From Bigelowiella natans CCMP2755 (Eukaryota; Protista; Cercozoa), in assembly GCA_000320545.1 (NCBI GenBank), contig ADNK01001082.1, positions 111,296-175,295 of the forward strand: a stretch of DNA of 64,000 nucleotides, given 5' to 3'. Positions 1 to 13,469 of the stretch are shown here, piece after piece; within the stretch, counting starts at the first letter, position 1; every line of letters starts with the position of its first letter. A program made the position numbers and the translations under genes. The notes under the pieces are model-generated. The model was not told the DNA's origin. It did no database searches and was given only the letters and a program-made list of their open reading frames with translations.

Positions 1-18
1 AGACTAAACAACAACACA

Positions 19-20
<2 letters not shown>

Positions 21-102
<82 letters not shown>
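21..102. repeat. (TA)n microsatellite in RPB8 intron
   Basis: Perfect TA repeat of about 80 bp. Most introns in the window contain (TA)n, (CA)n, (GA)n, (CAT)n or (GTA)n tracts. Confidence 0.95.
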
Positions 103-106
<4 letters not shown>

Positions 107-157
107 TTGACGAGTTATGTGTCCCCTTTATATGCCCGTGTGCGTATGTAGTACTAC

Positions 158-502
158 CAGTTCCATATCATAGTCTTTTGCGTTGCATTCTATCCGCGAA
201 ACCTGAAACAAAACAACAGCTTATCAAACTTCCATCCGCTGAGCAACCCTCAACATCAGCTTAAAGAAGCTTTCAACAACCTTTTCAAATTTCTTTCCCT
301 CAGGATTAATTCTCAGGACCTCAAATTTCGCCTGTGTATGTTCACATAGAGCCGTGGATTAGCATTCCGGCGCATGTTCAGTACTCCTCAATCCCACTAC
401 ATCATATTCTGGGATATAACTAGTACTCATCGCAAAATCCTATTTAAAAGGAAAGTAGCGAAGATGGATATTTACCTCCCAAATGCTCGAGTCCTTCGAC
501 AT
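158..502 (-). CDS. RPB8: RNA polymerase I/II/III shared subunit RPB8 (POLR2H), first three exons; gene continues off the left edge
   Basis: Exons 502-476, 331-281 and 202-158 joined by GT-AG introns give MSKDSSIWE-AKFEVLRINPEGKKFEK-VSRIECNAKDYDMEL. This matches the RPB8 N-terminus (F.V..I.PEGKKFD.VSR..C......M.L). Confidence 0.9.
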
Positions 503-1147
503 TTTGTTGGGGGACGGGAGGGGAAGGGCGCCGACAGCTTCTGAAAATTGATGGAGCGTCTCTCAGACTTTCTGGTCATAAATATTTTCTAATTATCGTG
601 TAAATCTGATGCATTTACAACAAAGCGACACAATATTGAAGTGGTCGCATTGAGAAAAACCATCTAAAGGATACATTGTGCCACTGCGAGAAAACTTGAG
701 TTTCTGCGCAAAAATTATCTTCCACCGAATCTAGGATGTTATCCCGACTCAAAACGGTCTAGCAAAAGTAAGCCCTGTTCCCGGGGAATGAATAATATTT
801 CGAAAATACAATGGATTTTTAATAAATAAAGGGATTATTTGATGTCGCAAGATTACCAATCGTCGATCGTATTGAACGGCCTGCCGACCACAGCTACACG
901 TACCCCCTCCCTCCCGTATCCTATCTTCCCTTCGCTACTTGAGTTATTCTACCGATACCATGTTCAGCCATATTGACATATTTCTATGAAATTTACGAAT
1001 GCTATATGTTTTTTGACCGTTGGGCGCTTCTGCATGATACTTGTTTAGATAAAGTATGAGAAGAGGCTCGTTGTGGAGTTACACGTAGCTCCAAAAATAC
1101 TCAGAGGGGGGGGAAGATCATCTCGCTCGGAATAAGAGGAGGCAGAG
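503..1147. promoter_or_regulatory. Probable bidirectional promoter region (RPB8 / PPR-PP2C)
   Basis: Divergent start codons about 645 bp apart; microsatellite-free spacer. Confidence 0.5.
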
Positions 1148-3748
1148 ATGATTCTTCTATTTGGTCTTGTCTTAGCCATATGGCCGACAAATAGCCAAAC
1201 AGGAGGCCCCCCTTACGACGTCGACAACACACGCAGCGGGGTTAGAATCGGTCACAACGAATGGCGCATGCAGCACACATTAGGAACGCTTGTGGGTCTT
1301 CGTGCGACTGCCTTTGAGGGAAAAGAAGAAGGCGCAAATCAAGATTTATGGAGAAGGCATAGGAGAGCGAGTGGTCGTGTTGCACGCTTGTACGGTGGTT
1401 TCGCATCATCACCATTCCATCGTCTTCCCATCGTAAGCAGCATCGCACCAATGGCACCAGCAGCAATGGCGGCACGAGGAGGTTCTTATCGCCAGTTTAA
1501 TGACAGCCGGCGCGCGCGCGCGCGCACACACACACACACGCACACCTATTTCACCCTCGAAGTTTCTTCCGTCATCACTATCATCATTGTTCTTCTCTCC
1601 TTACTGGTAATTATGTACAATTTGCGTTTATTCCCTCTAATGATCTCTCAGAAGGAGGAAAACTACCTGCACAGAGGATTCGTCTGTTCAACTCGCCTAG
1701 ACAACAACGGCGGTGTGATATACCCCCCCGCTCTGCCAGCTACGCAAAGGTGAAAATATAGTAGCGAATAATCCCAAGTTTTGCGTCATCATTCGGTGAG
1801 ACACTGATTTTCGCCTACGATGATGATGAACTCTAAGAGAGAGCTATGGTAGCTAAGACGATCATCTCACAAATATCAAGACTCTGAAAATGAACGTGTC
1901 GTCATACCCAACGTCGCTCGAAAAGCTGTTGAGCATCTCTTTGTTTATTTATTTCTTTCAAAGGCGCGTGGCCGTGGTAGCTCAGAGGCTGCAGCATCGT
2001 CTCCCCAATCTTCCTCATCGTCATCATCATCATCATCACCAGCTAGTACGATTGTAGCAGATGCTACTACGAGACTTGGAACAACACCAAAGGTAGTTGT
2101 TAGTAGTGCGCGCGGCGTTTGCTCGCACACATCCCAAAATAAACAACACTATGGAATTATGATGATGATGGTAATTATGATGGCCTCCTGGAAGCTGTTA
2201 GCACCACATAAAAGAAACCAGGGATTGATCAACATCTATCCATCTTTTAGGCTGCTGCTGCAGTTAGGGGCAAGGAACAACGCCCTCCCTCCGTTTCCTC
2301 ACCATCCAATACTCCATCATCATCAACTACGAGAAATGGCGGCGGTCTTGCGGTTGGAGACCAGAAACCGAAGCAGCCGCGACAACGACGGAAATCATCT
2401 GCCGTGCCAGTTGGAAATTCAGAGCGATACGTGCGAAGAGCTAGAGACGCAAAAGAATTCACGTCTATATTTAAGGCATATGGTCGCGTCAGGTAATACG
2501 AACGATGATAATGTAGCGCAATGTGAAGTCCAGGGAGAGCAAGGAGGAGGAGTAAGGGAGAGGATATCAGCACGAAACGCTCATAATAATATGATACTAC
2601 TCAAATGTTGAATCCTGCCTCCTTTCACATCGTCACATGTATTTACACAAAGTCCTCCTGTCTACCTTCTTTATACAGAAACAGCACGGGCGTTCTTTGG
2701 GCGTTGGAGTTGATGAAGATGAATGGAATAGCTCACAACGCTATAACATACACTGCAGCTATCAATGCATTAGCGAAAAGCGATGCTTGGCGTGCTGCTC
2801 TTAATGTGTTTGAGGAGGCCGCGCGAGATCCCCGTGTGACATTAGACGATAGGCTCTATAGTGCTGCAATACCTGCTTGTCGTGGAGGTGCTCCTGTAAT
2901 CAATGACAAGAAGAGACCTGCTGATAAAGGTCGGTCCAAGGGAGAATATCCTTCTGAAATTTGTGAAGTATTAATGAATACCAATAGGAATGAACATAAT
3001 CGAAATGCCATAAGGGCGTATGATTTTAAAGTGTTCTTTGTCATTATCATCATCACCATACATAACACACCTGACCCTTCACTCTCTCCAACTTTGCAGC
3101 AAATGAGGAGGAGGAGAAGGAGGAGGAGGGAGAGGGAGAGCTTGTCGCTCCAGCTGTGGCAATGTTGAATAGAATGAAAGCTGATGGAATCCGCGCTGAT
3201 GCCGTAGCGTATGCTTCAACCATATCCACATGTGCTCGCCACAACAAATGGTGGAGAGACGGTCTTCGTGTCTTTGAGTCAGCAAAGAGAGAAGGTACTA
3301 CGTGAAGGAATGTGCCTGTGTACACTTGGAGAGGAGTAAATGAACGGATTTTAGCAAGCCAATTTGGAAACAAACAAAGAGAGTCATTCCGCTGTAATAA
3401 GTCGCTACACAGCTCTATGTTTATTCTTTATGAGCATAATCCTTTTCGTATTTTTGACTCTGCCTTTTCTCCTCCCTTCTCTTTCTCTGTTTCTAACCAA
3501 AATGCTGCTGGTGCTGCTGCTGGTGCTGCGCTGCTACTACTTGTTACAACAATCAGGAGTTCCATTGAACATAGTGGTGTACAACACGGCCCTTCACGCG
3601 TGCAAGACAGGCGGTCAAACGGTAGTAGTAGTATACATATATAACTTGTAACTCATTACAGCAGCAGCAGCGGCAACAACAACAATAACAACAATACTAA
3701 AACTTCTTCACTCGCACTCCACTTTCCTTTCTATTAGCTTGACTCGCA

Positions 3749-3794
<46 letters not shown>

Positions 3795-3803
3795 CCTCCA
3801 TCT

Positions 3804-3839
<36 letters not shown>

Positions 3840-4568
3840 ATACACACATACGTTCAAAACACAAACCAGGAGCGTGCTCGTTCAATCCTGGAAGAAGCGA
3901 AGTCACGAGGACTTAGACCTGATATCACCAGCTACAACTCGCTCATCGCAACAGCTGCCAAATCATCTGATGAGAGAATACGTGCTCACGGCGTTCGGAT
4001 GCTGCGAGATATGCAAAAGCTTGGCGTGGATCGAGACATTAAGAGCTTCACCGCCGCAATAACGTGCTGTGAGAACATCGAAGGAGGCTGGTCGCAAGCC
4101 TTGCAGCTGCTCGCTGAGATGAGAGAAATGAAGATTCCTCGGAACGTGAGGACGTATACTGCGGTGCTACGCACTCTGATTCTCCAGGCACCTGAATCGA
4201 TTTTCACACTAAAATACGACGAGACGTTAACCGATATGGAGGCTGAGGACCGAATTAGTCCGGATTCAGCCTTCTTCTCAGCTTTATCGGGGGCATTTAT
4301 GAACCGAGGAAGGTGAGAGAATGAGCTGCTAATACGTCTACTACTCCTGCGGCTACTGTTTTTGCACACGCACGTTGGCGTTCTCTCAGAGAGATCATAA
4401 GATGCAAAATTAACCGCACGCGAATTCGAAAAACACTACTTTGATGAAGAGTTCTGCTACTCATACCCCCCCCCTTCAAGAGAGGGGGCTGCTGTTTCTA
4501 CAATGTCGATGAATACAATGATTGGTGCTGCTATATCAAATAAACACCAAGAATTCGTCGTTAAGTAT

Positions 4569-4603
<35 letters not shown>

Positions 4604-6864
4604 CTGCTGTATTTGAGATATTCTCTGTGATCTCGACTGATAGGTATTTAGAAGCTGCAAAGTGTGTCGTGGAGTGCCGGAAAGCGTCTCTTCCTTTTCC
4701 TAACCAGCTCTTCTCCCAGCTGATTGACCGCCTAATTCACGAGGAGGAGGAGAGGGAGGAGGAGGAGAAGGAGGAGGAGGAGGAGGAGGAGGAGGAGGAG
4801 GAGGAAACGCATAAGAACCAAACTTCCTCCGACAGCACCATCGTAACTGTTTTCAAATGGATGATAAACGGTGATATTCCTTTCTCGAATGCTCTTCAGG
4901 GGTACATCAATATCCGTAGAGAACAACACCGAGAAGATGGCGGATATGCCGCTGCTGCTACTGCTGCAAAGAGAAAGAACGCCGTACAGAAGAAGGATGG
5001 AGGCAAGGACGACGATATTAACGACTACATCGATGATGATGACAACAACAATGCTAGCATGTACACCGAGCGAGCAAGGGTGCTAACAGCCCAGATCTCC
5101 CAGTAAGACGCCACGATGATGCACATAATAAGAAAATACCTAATACAACATTCATATTAGCCAATGGCTTCAATCTACAAAACAGCCCTCTCCGCATCAC
5201 AGATGCTTAATATTTCCCATCATCCCTTTCCCCCCTCTACTATTCTTGTCATGGTGAAGGTACGGACGCCAGGGACGATGGAGAGAAGCGCTCAATTTGC
5301 TAAAGTCATCGTATTTTGTTTCTCCGTCATCACCACCATCATCGAAAGGAGCGTACAGAGAGGACTATGGAGATGGCCATGGCACCCAACAGCCATCAGC
5401 CCCCTCCCCCTCTTCCTCGTCGCCGAGCAGCTCAGCAGAGCCCCGAAAGGAGGAGGCGGCAAAATCTATGACTGTTGCCTATTCTGCGGCCATGAGCGCG
5501 TGTCAAAAGGCTCGGCAATGGCGTCAAACGCTGCGGCTTTTAGAGGAAATGGAAGAGAAAGGTGGGTGCACACCTCATAATTTGACAGAATGCAGTGAGA
5601 AGGCTGACATTGAGGGCGGCAATCATCTCGATAACAACTTTTGCGTAGTTGTGTAGGTTTTAAGATTATAGATGGATCTTTTCCCTCTTTTCGCTTATCT
5701 CTGTCCCTCCCCCGTAATAATCCCATTCTGATCGTTCTTCCTTCTCCTCCTCCTCCTCCTCCTCCTCCTCCTCCTCCTCCAAGATATCAAATTGGACTGC
5801 CCTGCGTATACCCTTGCCATTAGCGCTCTTGGTATGAGGGGGTTAAGGCGCAGGGCGGTGAAGATGCTTACGAAGATGAGGAGGAATTCTGTGCGAGCGG
5901 ATAATCAATGCTACACACAGGCAATCATTGCTGCAGACCGAGTGTACAACGGGGACTTTGCTATCACACTGCTGCGAAGGATGATTGAGAACCAACTTTC
6001 TCCTGATACGATCACGTAGATTGCCACACAACCATACGTGTATATTATGCTGCTCACACAGATTATTCTCCCCAAATCTTTGTAAAATAGATTGGTTCTC
6101 ACAAGCCCCCTCCCCCCCCCCCCCCTCTCCCTCCCTCCCCTTATCTTTTTAGATATAATGCTGTGATTAAAGCCCAGGCACGATCAGAAAATAGATGGGA
6201 ATACGCGCTAGCTCTTGTTGATGAAATGCAAGATCGTGGGGTGCAACCCAATGAGATAACCTACAACACCGTTATCAGCGCATGTAAGCAGCGATTTTTA
6301 TACATTCTTTACGAAATAAAGAAGGGAAGGGGGGGGGGGCGGATGGTAGAAACCAGTTTCGAGTGAGTACCCTACGATCATTCCAGTTGAGAAAATCAGA
6401 CAAAGCAATGCCGATAATAACAATTAATACTTGTCCAACTATTGCCGTGATGTCGCGGTATTTTCCGACGAATCCAACACTAGCACGGTGATGATGAGCT
6501 TTCTCTCCTCCTCCTCCTTCTCCTCCTCCTCCTCTTCCTCCTCAATATCACCTCTACAAACACACAATACATATGATGCATACATCAGGCAAGCGATCTG
6601 GAAATTGGCAAGGAGCATTCAGCATTGCATTGAGTCTTAAAAACGTCGGTATCCGCCCCTCCATAGTCACTATTAACACCGTCATCTCGGCGTTGGAGAC
6701 CGGGGGCAAATGGGAAGCTGGGCTTGCGCTCTTTCGCTCGGCTGTGGATAGAAGCATCACCCCTGACCATATAACGTAGTAACGTGTAGTAGGAGGAGAA
6801 GGAGGAGAGATACAACTACAATATATGCTTTATCCCTCGATGACTGCCCCCCGCCCCCCATCTC

Positions 6865-6896
<32 letters not shown>

Positions 6897-7958
6897 GCAC
6901 ACACTCATACCACCATCGTACCTGAAATCAACAGCTACACGGCGCTGATATCATCATGCGCCAACAACGACGCGTGGCCTCAAGCACTGGAGCTGCTATA
7001 CGAAATGCACGAAGGCATGTACGGCGTGAAACCGAGATACGCAGCTTACGAGGCCCTCATCGCTTCCTGCGATAGGAACTTCCAGTTCGCACAGGCTGCG
7101 GAGGTGAGGAAGGAGGGCGAGAAGGAAGAGAAGAGGGGCTAATATGAAAGTACTTGAGAGATTGCCTTTGCTTCTCCGTGTCTTTGTCGGTGTTTTCAGG
7201 TGGAAAGCTTAGCGTACGCAGCGTTCCGGAAAGACAACTCGCGGCGACCCAGTCGTTATTCTTGGCGAGGCGACATGGTCACAACATGGAGCTACGAGGA
7301 GGAGTATTTTGACACTGAGGAGGAGGAGGAGGATGCTGCTGCTATGCACGCCCATGCACAGGTAGTTGTTCGTTAGTTACTCAACTAGCGATTGATGTGG
7401 TAGCAATGATGATGCTGTACGAGGAAAGCAAACCATGTGAAGAAGATGTTATATAACTATTTGTTCGTCGGTCTTGCAAATGTAAAATCTCAGAAACAGC
7501 AGCTGCAGCAACATCATCAACAGCGGGAGCAGCAGCGAGCTGCCCAAGGGCCGCCACCTGCGAAGCTCCGTGTGTCGTTTGTCCAGAATGCAAAGTGGGG
7601 AAAGTTCTCCGGGAAATCAATAACATCGGAGGCCAATGAAGACAGATCCGATGTAGTATTAACAGAATATAGAGAAGAAGGAGAACAAGAAAATTGGGAT
7701 CTTATGTGTCGTTTTCGTTCAAATGCTTCTATTTTAAGACGTTTATCTTCACCCATTCCTTCCCTTCATGTACCTTGACCTATCAGATCAGAGGTGCCGA
7801 TAATATCCCCCCCGGAAGGCCGTTTGCCTATTTCGGCGTGTATGATGGCCATGGGGGAGGGGCAACAAGTCAATGGCTGAAAGATAACTTAGCAGCTACT
7901 ATAGATCGGACTTGGGACTCAGAGAATGTAGAGGAATCAATAAGGTGAAGTTAACAAA

Positions 7959-8021
<63 letters not shown>

Positions 8022-9168
8022 AGAAAACAAAAAACAGCAAACAGCAACCCCCCGCTCCTTTTATTTTTTGCTCAGAAAATCTTTGCGCGAACATTAGCAT
8101 TATTAGATATACACTACCAACGGTTTTTGTTCGCTATTATCGTGTAGAACAGGGCAAAATCTCGCCTACCACAAGCCAAATACCATACGTATACGTCAAA
8201 GCTTCTAGTTTCTATTTACTCTGAGTGCTACTTGTTTTGCAGCACAACTTAATCTTCTTCGTTGATGTGACTGATGCATGCAATATATACCACCGTAGAT
8301 ACGCTTATTTGAGAGCTGATGAGGAGATACTCAAGCCCAAAGGAGGCGTATTCGGTATTATAGGCGCCTCTCGAGGAATTGGGGGACCGCAGTGTGGTGC
8401 TAGTGCTGCTACAGCTATCCTGTTTACGGTAGTAGTAGTAGTTGTAGTTATAGTAGTAGTAGTAGTAGTAGTAGTAGTAGAAGTTGTTGTTGTGGTAGAA
8501 GTTATGGTATTAGTAGTAGTCCTCCTTGTGCGTGCAAAGAGAGAGGGGAGAAGAGTGCCGCACTACGAGCGCTCACATGTTGTTGTTTATGTTGAACAAT
8601 GAATTACTAGGATCGGGCGACGGGGCAGTTTCAGCTATTGACGGCAAACGTTGGAAACACGGTGACTAAGATTCATTGATGTTGGAGGAGTTAGCAGCGA
8701 GCATAATACCGATGAAGGCCGACGGTACTGAGTAACCCCCTGCGCAACTATTACCTTTATAGGTGATGATGGTCAAGTCCAAAAATCATCAGACAGCGGT
8801 GAAGAAAAGCTGCTACCACACCCCAGATAATAGTACTGAGTTTGATAGGATAACAGCTCTCAATAAGAACCCTCGGATGCCGCTCATACGCGAACAAGTA
8901 TAACCACACAAATCGCAAGCCAAACCTCTCTTGTCATACATAGAATGCTCCCGCTATTTATTTTTTCCTTCATCCTTTTGAGTGAGCACTTTGGGTGTCG
9001 TTTATAGTATATACAGCTACCGATCCGACGAATTCAATAATGATTTCTGTTATTATATCATTAAACACGTTGTTAATGTGTGCAAAAGGGTGGGAGACTG
9101 CGGTTGGGAGGTACACTCTCCCTGACTCGTGCCTTCGGAGACGCGTAAGTTTCACCGCTAACATCTCA

Positions 9169-9209
<41 letters not shown>

Positions 9210-9726
9210 ATTTTGGAAGTAGCGGAAACATAGAGCAACTACATCTCAATAAATGTTGAAGAATATGTTAGCACCTCTCCCTCCCACCTACAAACAACGC
9301 TCACCGTGATTCTTCCCCAACGACCTGCTGCTGCTGTTATAGATACTTGAAGCCGGTCTATAACGCTGATGAGGGTGAAGAGAAATATGCTTCTGATGGA
9401 ACCGGATACTTCGCTGGTGGAGGTGGTAGCAGTCAAAGAGAAGAAGGCCAAAGGTTCATGTACGACGATGAATCGATCATCACTGCACTTTCGGGGAAGA
9501 AGCGACGCGGCAAGAAGGGCGTTGGCCGTGGATCCACCGGCAAGCATAGAACTGCTGTTAGTAGCGATGATAATCAAGAGCAACGACAGCAGCAGCCTCA
9601 GCGTCCAATCACTGTTGACGATGGTAATATAAATAGCGCAGAAATGATGATGATTAGTGTCCATTGCGAGAGTAAGGATGGCAGTTGTGTGTGAGTACTC
9701 TTGGAATCGAGAGCAAAGGATGGTGA

Positions 9727-9761
<35 letters not shown>

Positions 9762-10161
9762 ATTCATGATTCTCAATCAGTGTCGTTTAAGATTTTCGCA
9801 GATGGTTTTTGTGTGTTAGCTAAGAAGGGGATTTTCCCTGTACATTATCAGTTGATGAGTATTCGCATCAACTGTAACTCTTAATTCCTTTTTTGGTGAA
9901 TTACGCATTTTAGCCGTTGCTTATGGTCAAGAGCAGCAGCAGCAACAACAACAACAACAACAACAACAACAACGCATTGGACCTCCCCTTGATGCCCCTG
10001 ACAAAATCCAAGATTTCGGCCTTATGGCAGATCCTGATGTATCAGTAACTCCTCTCACTGGGGACGAGGAATGGCTCGTAGTCGCCTCGAATGGATTGAT
10101 CACACAGCGTCCAGGTGTGTGTGTGTGTGTGTGTTTGTGTGTGTTTGTGTGTGTTTGTGTG

Positions 10162-10196
<35 letters not shown>

Positions 10197-10465
10197 GCAA
10201 AATCGCAGATGATTCCGCTGATGCTTTGGAAAGCGACTGGTTTTATTTTCAGAATGCCTTACGACTTTGATGTGTTTGTGTATTAGGAGATGCTGGACTC
10301 ACGATGGAGGAGATCAGTGCTCTGATATCGGAGAAGCTGCCATCAAAATCGGCCAATGAAGTTTGCGTTGAGCTCGCCTCCGCGGCGCGACGAAAAGGCT
10401 CAAATGACGATATTACGATAATCCTCGTGCCTCTCGATAAGTTAATGTCGGAGAGTGGTCAATAA
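1148..10465 (+). CDS. Multi-exon pentatricopeptide repeat (PPR) protein with C-terminal PP2C-fold domain; probable bipartite plastid leader
   Basis: N-terminus MILLFGLVLAIWPTNS followed by an R/S-rich stretch. Many P-type PPR motifs (NAITYTAAINALAK, DITSYNSLIA, NVRTYTAVLR, PNEITYNTVISAC, PSIVTINTVISAL). In-phase linker exons at ~7200-7361 and ~7494-7652 lead into PP2C motifs NEDR, YFGVYDGHGG, TANVGNT, LTRAFGDAYLK, LVVASNGL and GSNDDITII. Stop TAA at 10463-10465. Confidence 0.85.
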
Positions 10466-11246
10466 TAGCAGGAGGAAGAAGTGAACGCACAAAATTTATT
10501 AGAAGCCTACATAGGAAGCATTAACCGATTGCCGCATTGCATATCTAACCGTCTTGACGTGCTTGGCTTTGCGGTATATATAATTAAATGAGTGATGATA
10601 TGAAAATATTCTACACATAAATAGTTGCTCATGTCTAGATGTTGCAACAGGAAGAAATCGTGCAGGAATACGCATGTACAGCTTGATAATTAATAAACAT
10701 TCAATTTCCAACGATTTCGAACGAATGCTGGCATGCTGCATGTGTAGGTGCATTCTAGCATTGTAGCATTGTAGCGCTAGAGCGCAAACATAGAAATGGT
10801 TTCACGCACGCGAACACAAAGTAACAAGAGAAGCTTTCTAGTTTTCGCATTAGTCTTAAAGTAATGCGACACGTAAGGTCTATGAAATTTATAAATACGA
10901 CTGGCAATGCTAGAGAAGCGTACAGGCGAAGCATAATCAGCTGAGCTAGTCTAGTAGTAAGCATTATGTGCAAGAGCACAGCTAGATCTAGAGATAACAG
11001 CAAGCTAGCAAGTGGGATATTTGCGTGATTTCATCTAATTTATTGTGATACGATATCGTTCGAAGCTATTACATTAGATGCTTAGCCGCGCGCCATGAAT
11101 GATAAGGCGTGGCTTTAATTTGATTGCCTAGATCACTAATAGTTTGTGACCGAACACATGCTAGCATGCTAGCTAGCATGCTGCGTTGTAAAAATGTGCA
11201 CCGGAGGACGTACATACTACATAGTTATGGGATGAGATGCAATAGG

Positions 11247-11416
11247 TCAGTGCTCACACAAATTGAATTCCCTCTCAAACACGTCTTCATTATTGATCTT
11301 ATATGAGCTTCTTTCCTCCATCAGCGCTAATCTGCATTATGAGCACACATTGATGTTCAAATGATTGTGGAACATCTAGAATATACTACACCCATACACA
11401 CAGATACATAAAGAGA

Positions 11417-11460
<44 letters not shown>

Positions 11461-12068
11461 AAGTGTCATACAATATTTTCACCTGTGACGCTTCGCTTCT
11501 TCCAACGTCATTCCGTGGCCAAAGTGAGAGTGGTAAGAAAATATTATGTTGCGGATGTTAACTGGTAGCTCAGTAGCGTGCCTTACGATCTGGCATATGC
11601 ATATTATTCAACGGTCAATCAATTATTATATCCTAATAGACAGTGCTGCACTTCAAATCGACAAACAGTGTTTCGGCCTCTACCCCTCTACCCCCTCCAC
11701 CTTTTTCTTACTTAATGTGTTTTGATTGCTCATACAATTGTTACCAGACAACCACATCTATAGAGTGTTTAAGCGTTTGATTCAAAATTTTACAGTATTC
11801 ATAATGAGATTTTCGAGCCATTCCAGACTTGCTACAGGTCGCTCTTTTTTCGTATATTTTACTACTATACTATGAGCCCTATCCCCTGACGCAACACGCC
11901 TACCTTGTCGGCATGCTCAAGCAGCCATTCAGTGTTGGAAGGGGGTACGCGGCAAGTAGACATGGTCACCTAAGAACAAGGGTGGAGAAGGATAAAAACA
12001 CAAGTATTTTGTGATGGTGGTGAGAAGACGATGAGAGGGTGAGAGTGAGATTGAAAGTGATGCAGGAG

Positions 12069-12107
<39 letters not shown>

Positions 12108-13110
12108 TTTTTTAACATAAAATTTTCCTTGTATATATAATACGAGTCTCCCTCTCTTCCAACCCTCATGAATGTATAATATCGCGAAAACGAGTCATCA
12201 TCATCATCATCATCATCATCATCGCACACTAGCAAAAAGATTGGATATATAGTCGTCACCACCACATTTCCATCTCACCTGATCAGGCCGTAGGCCGTAC
12301 ACCTCCCAAACACCTCTCTCATCATCTGATAATAATGTCGATGTAAGAGGTGGGGGTGCAGGTAAAGACCGCTGGGTAGACGAAGGCAAGTGACTCGTTC
12401 ATCGTATGATGATGATCATCATCACCATCATGATCACCACCAAAGCTACAAATTCAAACTTACTTTTGTCTAGCAAACACTGCTGGTGAGTGTCAGGTAA
12501 TTACACTAATAATATTGCATCGTTACTACTCTGTTCATAATCTGGATCTGATATACTCCGTCGAAAGGATAGGGTGCTTCTAAATGCAGGTTCATTCGTA
12601 AAACAAGGAGGAGGAGGAGGAGGAGGGGGAGGAGGAGATTCAAAGGAAATCATGGGATCTTTGAGTAAATTCACTCACTCGCTCACATTCTCCTGCGAGT
12701 AATAATAGATTCCTGACAAAATAGATAGGTAGCAGGTGCGGAAAAACAGCAAAAAAGAGGGTCAAATAACTTCAACAAGACATATGTGGTTCTACGATGT
12801 AAGAAATAAGTGGTTCTACAACGTAACTTTAATCATATTTCGTCTATGCCATGGTCATTATTTCCATAATCTCGGAGTGATACTTTGACAATGTGTATTT
12901 ACCTGTGGCAACGATATTTTCGTTCCTCATGCCTAGATATTGATGATTAATAATGGGTTAATAACAATCCTCAAGTAGAGTATTTCTGTTTAAATATCAA
13001 CAGAAATTGAGATAGAGAGAGAGAGAGAGAGAGAGAGTCTGAATTCAATGGTATCTATTGATCATCTGTTCTCGGAAAAATGAGATAATAGCCTGAAATA
13101 CAAGATGTGA

Positions 13111-13149
<39 letters not shown>

Positions 13150-13428
13150 AAATTACACAACTGTATCGCTACCTTCAACATGCCAGGACCCTCCAGGATA
13201 ACTAATTCATGAGAAGACAATAAAATGATGGGACGGTGGGCAGGGGGGGGGGGAACAGGGTGAGAAACGAAATGTTTCGAACGTGATGCGAAAAGGCATG
13301 GACATATATAGTTAGAATGGTAGAGTTCTTATTTACTACATTGAATTGCGTGGAGTCAGCTCTATTGAAGCAATTTTCACGATAACCTATGAGTTCACAT
13401 CAAACACATCATCCAACTACTTCCTCTT

Positions 13429-13469
<41 letters not shown>

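Noticed and set aside
10600-11200. Possible MITE or structured ncRNA in palindrome-rich spacers
   Set aside because: Only 4-10 bp palindromes; no terminal inverted repeats, target-site duplications or long stems could be identified by eye.
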